Source: Blautia sp.
GTDB taxonomy: Bacteria; Bacillota; Clostridia; Lachnospirales; Lachnospiraceae
Assembly (NCBI GenBank): GCA_029257775.1
Contig: JARIAQ010000007.1
Location: forward strand, 1,096 to 65,095
Reading direction: 5' to 3'
Length of the DNA: 64,000 nucleotides
The notes under the pieces were generated by a model. The model ran no database searches, was not told where the DNA came from, and saw nothing but the letters and a program-made list of their open reading frames with translations. A program made the translations under genes and the position numbers. Positions within the stretch are counted from its first letter, which is position 1, and every line of letters begins with the position of its first letter. Positions 57,779 to 64,000 of this stretch are shown piece by piece.

Positions 57779-59581
57779 ATGGCAGAATCAATGAAGGGGC
57801 TTAAGAGAAGCCACAGATGTGCAGAAGTGACAAAGGCAGAGATTGGAAGTACCGTAACTTTAATGGGATGGGTACAGAAAAGTCGTAATAAAGGTGGAAT
57901 TGTATTCGTAGATTTACGTGATCGTTCCGGTATTATGCAGATTATTTTTGAAAATAGCGACATTGATGAGAAGGGATTTGAAAAGGCAGGTCGTTTAAGA
58001 AGTGAGTTTGTAATTGCTGTAAAAGGTTGTGTAGAACCACGTTCCGGTGCAGTAAATCCAAATCTTTCTACAGGTGAAATTGAAGTAAGAGCAACAGAAC
58101 TTCGTATTTTATCTGAAGCAGAGACTCCTCCATTCCCAATTGAAGAAAACAGCAAAACAAGAGATGAAGTTCGTTTGAAATATCGTTATTTAGATTTAAG
58201 AAGACCAGACTTACAGAAGAATATGATGCTTCGTTCTCAGGTTTCTACATTGGTGCGTCAATTCCTTGCACACGAGGGATTTCTCGAAATTGAGACACCG
58301 ACTTTGATTAAGAGCACACCAGAAGGAGCAAGAGATTATCTTGTACCAAGCCGTGTGCATCCGGGAAGTTTTTATGCCCTTCCTCAATCACCACAGATTT
58401 TTAAACAGCTTTTAATGTGTTCTGGATATGATCGTTATTTTCAGATTGCAAGATGTTACAGAGATGAAGATTTACGTGCAGATCGTCAGCCAGAGTTTAC
58501 ACAGATTGATATGGAATTATCTTTCGTAGATGTGGAAGACGTTTTGGATGTTAACGAAAGAATGCTGGCATTCTTATTTAAGGAAGTGTTAGGAATAGAA
58601 GTTCAGCTTCCAATTGAGAGAATGACATGGATTGATGCTATGAATCGTTTTGGTTCTGACAAGCCAGATTTACGTTTTGGAATGGAATTGACAGATGTTT
58701 CTGAAGTGGTAAAAGATTGTGAATTTGTAGTATTCAAAGGTGCTTTGGAAAATGGTGGTAGCGTACGTGGTATTAATGCCAAAGGACAGGGAGCTATGCC
58801 TCGTAAGAAAATTGATAAGTTAGTAGAATTTGCAAAAGGTTATGGTGCAAAAGGACTTGCTTATATTGCTATTGGTGAAGATGGAACAGTAAAATCTTCT
58901 TTTGCTAAATTTATGAAAGAAGAAGAAATGCAGGCTTTAATTCAGGCCATGAAAGGTGAAAATGGAGACTTATTACTTTTTGCAGCAGATAAAACAAAGC
59001 TTGTTTGGGATGTATTGGGAGCACTGCGTTTAGAGCTGGCAAAACAGATGGAGTTATTAGATAAAAATGAGTACCGTTTTGTATGGATTACAGAATTCCC
59101 TCTTTTAGAATGGTCAGAAGAAGATGAGAGATTTACAGCAATGCACCATCCTTTTACTATGCCAATGGAAGAAGATCTACAGTATATTGATACAGATCCA
59201 GGTAGAGTTCGTGCAAAAGCTTATGACATTGTATTAAATGGAAATGAAATTGGTGGAGGTTCTGTTCGAATTTTCCAGGATGATATTCAGGAAAAAATGT
59301 TTGAAGCTTTAGGATTTACTAAAGAAGAAGCGCAGAAACAGTTTGGCTTCCTCTTAGATGCTTTTAAATATGGTGTACCACCTCACGCTGGTTTAGCTTA
59401 TGGATTGGATCGCTTGGTTATGCTTATGGCAAAGGTAGATTCCATTCGTGATGTTATTGCTTTTCCAAAGGTAAAAGATGCGTCATGTTTGATGTCAGAA
59501 GCACCAGATATTGTAGATCAAAAACAGTTAGAAGAACTTGGAATTGCTGTCTTGAAAACAGAAGAAAAATCAGAAGAATAA
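57779..59581 (+). CDS. aspS: Aspartate--tRNA ligase
   Basis: FVDLRDRSG, YRYLDLRR, LPQSPQ, RDEDLRADRQPEFTQID and PPHAGLAYGLDR. Confidence 0.97.
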   Translation: MAESMKGLKRSHRCAEVTKAEIGSTVTLMGWVQKSRNKGGIVFVDLRDRSGIMQIIFENSDIDEKGFEKAGRLRSEFVIAVKGCVEPRSGAVNPNLSTGEIEVRATELRILSEAETPPFPIEENSKTRDEVRLKYRYLDLRRPDLQKNMMLRSQVSTLVRQFLAHEGFLEIETPTLIKSTPEGARDYLVPSRVHPGSFYALPQSPQIFKQLLMCSGYDRYFQIARCYRDEDLRADRQPEFTQIDMELSFVDVEDVLDVNERMLAFLFKEVLGIEVQLPIERMTWIDAMNRFGSDKPDLRFGMELTDVSEVVKDCEFVVFKGALENGGSVRGINAKGQGAMPRKKIDKLVEFAKGYGAKGLAYIAIGEDGTVKSSFAKFMKEEEMQALIQAMKGENGDLLLFAADKTKLVWDVLGALRLELAKQMELLDKNEYRFVWITEFPLLEWSEEDERFTAMHHPFTMPMEEDLQYIDTDPGRVRAKAYDIVLNGNEIGGGSVRIFQDDIQEKMFEALGFTKEEAQKQFGFLLDAFKYGVPPHAGLAYGLDRLVMLMAKVDSIRDVIAFPKVKDASCLMSEAPDIVDQKQLEELGIAVLKTEEKSEE

Positions 59582-59584
59582 AAG

Positions 59585-60691
59585 TTAAGAGGCTGATACA
59601 GGAAAACCTGTAACAGCCTCTTTTACATCTCCAAATATGGCTTGAGTGAGTTCTTCATTCATTTGTATTTTCCAGTTGATGCCATCGTTTATTAGATGAA
59701 TATCAATATCATGTGAAACAGTCTTCTGGTTTTCTTCAATACAGAACAGAAGCATTTCTTGTTCTTTTTTTCTTCTGCCCTCAGAACCCGCAGATAAAGA
59801 TTCTGACGTTTTTAGCCATTTTGATAATTCTTCTTTATAAGTTTCCATAATGCCGTAAAAATCTGTACTTACAATAGATGCTTTTACCACAGCACTAGTT
59901 TTATCTTCTTTTATTTCTTCCAAAATTTTGAAATCAAAGTAGGTATTTATTTGCTCCGCAATAGCGTGTGCAACAGAATTGTTATATTCATTTTCTGTGT
60001 TTAGAAGAGAATCTAAAGAAAGATAAATTTTCATTTGTTCTGCATCAAATTCTTTAATACTATTAAAATGTGTTTTTACTATTTCCCTTGGACTTAGTAA
60101 ATTGCAATCTGTCATATAGGATAGAAAATTTCCGGTTAAAAGTTTATGAAGATCTGATGTTTGAATCACGTTCCATTGGTCTTTTTCTTTGGTAAGTGAT
60201 ATTTCAGTGCTAATATCTATAGTCTTATAAGTGTTTTCTTTTAAAAGTTTTTCTAACAGCAAATAAGAGTCGTGGATGGAAAACTCTACAGCAACAGGAG
60301 TTGCATCTTGCTCAATATGCTTTGTAAGAGAAGCCTTGCTGAAATCCTTTGCCAGTTTTTTGGTATCAATAATAGAAAAATTCACGTTTGCAGATGCTTT
60401 ATTTTTTTCTACGGAGATTTTTTCTATTTTGTAATGAAAATCTTTATAAAATAAAGTGAAGATAGAGGCAATATCTTCTTTTAGTTCTTTTGTATCAGCA
60501 TCATAAGGAAGAAGTTCCTTAGTTGTGATGAAATTTTGAATAGTTTGTATATCTGTACTTTTTAGTTGATTGAGTTCTTCTTCAAGGGCATGCTGTGCTG
60601 CCTTTTCTTCTTTGCTTAAGCAACCGGAAAGAAGAATAGAAAAAAGACATAGGGAAAGTGTTAAAAAAAATTTTTTTGAGTTTTTATTCAT
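59585..60691 (-). CDS. Lipoprotein of unknown function with an apparent two-fold internal repeat
   Basis: Lipobox LSGC; two similar halves each ending in a W-K/N-I/V strand; RBS GGAGA before ATG 60691. Confidence 0.7.
   Translation of the reverse strand: MNKNSKKFFLTLSLCLFSILLSGCLSKEEKAAQHALEEELNQLKSTDIQTIQNFITTKELLPYDADTKELKEDIASIFTLFYKDFHYKIEKISVEKNKASANVNFSIIDTKKLAKDFSKASLTKHIEQDATPVAVEFSIHDSYLLLEKLLKENTYKTIDISTEISLTKEKDQWNVIQTSDLHKLLTGNFLSYMTDCNLLSPREIVKTHFNSIKEFDAEQMKIYLSLDSLLNTENEYNNSVAHAIAEQINTYFDFKILEEIKEDKTSAVVKASIVSTDFYGIMETYKEELSKWLKTSESLSAGSEGRRKKEQEMLLFCIEENQKTVSHDIDIHLINDGINWKIQMNEELTQAIFGDVKEAVTGFPVSAS
59587..59624. terminator. Bidirectional terminator between aspS and the convergent lipoprotein gene
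   Basis: AAGAGGCTG.TACAGG-aaaa-CCTGTA.CAGCCTCTT; the minus-strand ORF's last codons run through it. Confidence 0.75.
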
Positions 60692-60923
60692 TTTGTTCTC
60701 CAAATCTTATTTTATATACAAAAAACAGTTTAACAAAGTAAGAGAAAAGTTGCAATATAATCTGTAATATGTTGCAATAAAATTGCAAGAAAAATGTAAA
60801 GAAAATAGTAAAATTTAAGAAAAAATTCAGGGACACCAGGTGAGTTTTTTGATATACTGATGTCATAGAATATGATAAGAGGGTATCTATAGAATAAAAT
60901 TTGAAGAAGGGAAAGAATGGCGT

Positions 60924-62219
60924 ATGCAGAAAAAACAAAAAATAATAATCGGAGTCTGTACCGTACTATGTGTAGGAGTAGTGGGAGCAGGGATTTTCTT
61001 TGTTGGACATAAGGATAAAGGGAAGAAAGAAGAGCTTGCTTATGTTATGAGCGTTTCTTCCATGAATGACATGGCGGGTATACAGAAGTTAGCTGGTGTT
61101 GTAGAGTCTCAAAAAACACTGGATATTCAAAAGGATGCGGAGAGGGAAATTAAAGAGATTCTAGTTAAAGTAGGCGACGAAGTAGAAGCAGGAACTTCTT
61201 TATTTATTTATGATACAACAAAGTTAGAAGCGGATTTGCAGCAATCCAACTTAGATTTGGAAAGGGCAGAAAATGATATGGAAAATCAAAAAGCGCAAAT
61301 TGCCCAATTAGAGAAAGAGAAGAAAAATGCGCCGGAAAAAGAAAAGCTTTCTTATACTACACAGATTCAATCTGCACAGATGGATTTAAAGAAAAGTGAA
61401 TATGAGAAAAAGGCAAAAGAAGTAGAAATGAATCGTTTAAAAACTCAAATTGAAAATTCTACTGTTACCAGTGAAATGAAAGGTGTGGTAAAATCCATTA
61501 ATAATTCTGAAGGTGGGGAGAATTTTAATCCTTATGAAGGATCTCAGCAGGCATTTATGACAATTTTAGCTACAGGAGAGTATCGCATCAAAGGAAAAGT
61601 TAACGAACAGAACATTGCGCAGATTGTAGAAGGAAATCCGGCAATTATTCGTTCCAGAGTTGATAAAGATGCTATTTGGAGAGGTACTTATACAGCAGTG
61701 GATACGAAGAATCCTAATAATAACAATAACAATAGTATGATGTTTGGTGGTGGACAGGAACAACAGATGACATCTACATCTTATCCTTTTTATGTGGAGC
61801 TAGAGTCTTCAGAAGGCTTACTTTTAGGCCAGCATGTATATATTGAACAGGATACCGGTGTAGAAGAAAGAGAAGCGGGAATTTGGTTGGATGAAGCGTT
61901 TATTGCAGATGTAGATAAAAAGCCTTATGTATGGGTAGAATCCAAGAAAGGGGAACTGGAAAAAAGAACGGTGGTATTGGGAACTCATGATGAAAATATG
62001 ATGCAATATAGAATTGAGAGTGGATTAAAGTCTTCTGATTATGTGGCATTTCCACAGGAGTTTTTTAAAGAAGGGATAAAAACTACTCATGAAATGACAG
62101 AAGAAATGATGGAAACACCAGAAGATACAGTAATTCCTGAAGAAGACATGGAAATCCCTCAAGAAGATATGATGCCAGAGGAAGGGGAAGAATTGGAAAG
62201 TGAAGGAGCTGTAGAGTAA
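60924..62219 (+). CDS. Membrane-fusion (HlyD/MacA-like) periplasmic adaptor subunit
   Basis: N-terminal transmembrane helix, lipoyl half VKVGDEVEAG, coiled coil, SEMKGVVK, and IESGLKSSDYVAFP. Confidence 0.88.
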   Translation: MQKKQKIIIGVCTVLCVGVVGAGIFFVGHKDKGKKEELAYVMSVSSMNDMAGIQKLAGVVESQKTLDIQKDAEREIKEILVKVGDEVEAGTSLFIYDTTKLEADLQQSNLDLERAENDMENQKAQIAQLEKEKKNAPEKEKLSYTTQIQSAQMDLKKSEYEKKAKEVEMNRLKTQIENSTVTSEMKGVVKSINNSEGGENFNPYEGSQQAFMTILATGEYRIKGKVNEQNIAQIVEGNPAIIRSRVDKDAIWRGTYTAVDTKNPNNNNNNSMMFGGGQEQQMTSTSYPFYVELESSEGLLLGQHVYIEQDTGVEEREAGIWLDEAFIADVDKKPYVWVESKKGELEKRTVVLGTHDENMMQYRIESGLKSSDYVAFPQEFFKEGIKTTHEMTEEMMETPEDTVIPEEDMEIPQEDMMPEEGEELESEGAVE

Positions 62220-62232
62220 AGGAGGCGGAAGA

Positions 62233-63945
62233 ATGGGAATAAATAAAAAAGTAATAAAAACTGCCGTAATTAGCACAGCAGGAATTCTTCTTCTTGGTGG
62301 AGGTATTTGGTTTACTGTGGGAAAATTAAAGAAGGCAGAGATTAAAGTTTATTCTATGGAAGAACTTTCCCAGCAAATGTGGGGAGAAACAAATAATTTA
62401 GAAGGTTCTGTTTCCTCTAACGTATCTCAGGAAGTGCGATTAATGGATAAACAGTTAGTTTCTCAAGTCCATGTACAAGAAGGACAAGAAGTGAAGCAAG
62501 GAGATCCTTTATTGACCTATGATATGACCTTGGTGAGTATTGATTTAGAAATGGAAAAACTAAACAAAGAGCAGTTGACAGTGAAGAAAAAAGGGCTGGA
62601 AAATGAGCTGAAAAATTTAAAGAATGACAAAAAGAATATGGCTGCAGGAAAGAAACAATACAAAATTCAGTTTCTGAGTAATATAGGAGAACAACAAAAA
62701 CCAGAAGAACAACAAAAACCAGAAGCACCTTCAGGACAGGAACAGGTAAGACCATCAGGGGTGTATAAAAGATTATATCGTGATATTACCATAGATAAGA
62801 CGGAATTTCCCAATGATGATGCCATTATAGAGAATGCTATTCCATATTCGGGAAAAGGAACAAAAGATGATCCGTATGTGTATATATGTCAGAAAGGTGT
62901 TCTTATACAAGGTGAATTTTTAAATCAATTAGCAGGATTTGATGCTTCTGGAAACAGAGTGCGTGATCCGTATTATTGTAAATTAGAAGTGCATAGTGAA
63001 AACAGTTTTGATGGAACTTTGCAAGCAGCTATGATATTAGATGGAAGTACTATGGATCGTGCAGTAGAAGCCAGTGCATGGTTTCGGACTAGGTTAGGAA
63101 AAAATGAATGGGAAGAAATGCTTCCTGAGGAAGATGTGCCACAAGGAGAAGTGCTTCCTGAGTTACCAGATGGAACAGGAGATGAAGTTTCTGAGGATGA
63201 AATTATTGATAGTTATTCTAAAGAAGATTTAGAAAAAGCGATTAAAGAAAAGGAAAAAGAAATTAAAACTACAGAATTAGATCTTAAAGAAGCAGATCTG
63301 AAAATAAAAAAAGTAGAACAGGAACTTCAAGGTGAAACAGTGTTTAGCACTGTAAATGGCGTTGTGAAAAAAGTGGGAGATCCTAAAAAGGGAGAAATAG
63401 ACGGAGAACCTTTTATTATCGTAGAAAGCAATGAAGGTGTGTATATTAAAGGAGTGGTAAGTGAAGTTTTGTTGGAAAAAGTGAAGCCAGGACAGATTAT
63501 AATTGGCACAGCTTATGAGTCTAATACGTTTTTTGATGCAGAGATAAAGGAAGTATCTCCGTATCCTGTTAATGGTTATCAAAATTATGATGGCAGGGAA
63601 CTTACTTATTATCCATTTACTGCCTATATTGCAGATGGAACAGGATTAAAAGATCATGAGATGGCAAGTATGGAACTTCCAGCAGAAGAAGGAGAAGTAT
63701 CAGGAATTTTTCTTGGAAAAGAATATATCCGAAGTGAAGATGGAGAAGATTTTGTTTATAAAGAAGGAAAGCATGGGAAACTGGAAAAACAGCCAGTACG
63801 CACAGGCCAGACTTTTTATGGTTCTATAGTGGAAATTAAAAGTGGCCTGACGAGGGAAGATTATATAGCATTTCCTTACGGGAAAAAAGTAAAAGAAGGA
63901 GCCAAGGTAAAACAGGCATCTTTCGCAGAAGAAAATATGTTTTAA
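62233..63945 (+). CDS. Second membrane-fusion adaptor subunit with a large insertion in the hairpin
   Basis: VQEGQEVKQGDPLLTYD, STVNGVVK and IKSGLTREDYIAFP; about 200 extra aa between the coiled-coil halves. Confidence 0.8.
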   Translation: MGINKKVIKTAVISTAGILLLGGGIWFTVGKLKKAEIKVYSMEELSQQMWGETNNLEGSVSSNVSQEVRLMDKQLVSQVHVQEGQEVKQGDPLLTYDMTLVSIDLEMEKLNKEQLTVKKKGLENELKNLKNDKKNMAAGKKQYKIQFLSNIGEQQKPEEQQKPEAPSGQEQVRPSGVYKRLYRDITIDKTEFPNDDAIIENAIPYSGKGTKDDPYVYICQKGVLIQGEFLNQLAGFDASGNRVRDPYYCKLEVHSENSFDGTLQAAMILDGSTMDRAVEASAWFRTRLGKNEWEEMLPEEDVPQGEVLPELPDGTGDEVSEDEIIDSYSKEDLEKAIKEKEKEIKTTELDLKEADLKIKKVEQELQGETVFSTVNGVVKKVGDPKKGEIDGEPFIIVESNEGVYIKGVVSEVLLEKVKPGQIIIGTAYESNTFFDAEIKEVSPYPVNGYQNYDGRELTYYPFTAYIADGTGLKDHEMASMELPAEEGEVSGIFLGKEYIRSEDGEDFVYKEGKHGKLEKQPVRTGQTFYGSIVEIKSGLTREDYIAFPYGKKVKEGAKVKQASFAEENMF

Positions 63946-63962
63946 GAAAGGAAAGCAGTAGA

Positions 63963-64000
63963 ATGATTGAAAATATTAGATTGTCTTTTCAGGGGATCTG
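63963..64000 (+). CDS. Start of a probable ABC transporter permease (MacB/FtsX-like), 3'-truncated
   Basis: MIENIRLSFQGI resembles the usual MacB-type permease start; RBS GGAAAG; follows two adaptor genes. Confidence 0.55.
   Translation, partial: MIENIRLSFQGI

Noticed and set aside
57779-58100. Calling AspRS non-discriminating from the anticodon-domain loop (RNKGG; RSGAVNP)
   Set aside because: The residues are suggestive but not diagnostic without an alignment and the gatCAB/asnS inventory.
47-63582. The many short antisense or alternate-frame ORFs in the track (e.g. 3581-4030, 16252-16572, 24427-24924, 56900-57295, 57772-58155)
   Set aside because: They lie opposite or inside well-supported genes, lack an RBS and have low-complexity F/L/S/I-rich translations typical of shadow ORFs.
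1-64000. rRNA, tRNA, transposase, integrase or prophage genes
   Set aside because: No cloverleaf or rRNA signatures, no DDE or tyrosine-recombinase motifs, no phage genes, and no obvious compositional island seen.

Overview
A 64-kb AT-rich chromosomal window that looks like an anaerobic Clostridia (Lachnospiraceae-like) genome, judged from gene content, RBS style and VKTGD sortase signals. It is mostly core metabolism. It carries glyQS, a PPi-type Pfk, glmM, map, and a ZMP/ZTP-riboswitch-led operon of separate IMP cyclohydrolase and AICAR transformylase genes. It also has ddh, purF, xth, dinB, xpt, purL, dus, a pyruvate formate-lyase locus, the SCIFF ranthipeptide locus (scfA, absent from the ORF track, plus scfB), and secDF-recJ-apt-rel-hemZ-hisS-aspS. 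Accessory-type genes are two sortase-anchored surface proteins, a GT2/YfhO glycosylation pair and the start of an ABC exporter operon with two membrane-fusion proteins. I saw no rRNA, tRNA, CRISPR array, transposase or prophage gene. The most striking observation is a pyruvate formate-lyase split into a catalytic gene with a new Cys-rich tail and a separate 80-aa glycyl-radical gene with its own RBS, coupled to pflA. Other leads: a PurF lacking the glutaminase nucleophile Cys1, an orphan promoter-terminator unit that may be an sRNA or micro-ORF (11650-11895), a MocR/PdxR-like operator before an ECF S-component, and 11-bp-phased repeat arrays before two export loci. All calls come from reading the sequence and translations; no database searches were run.
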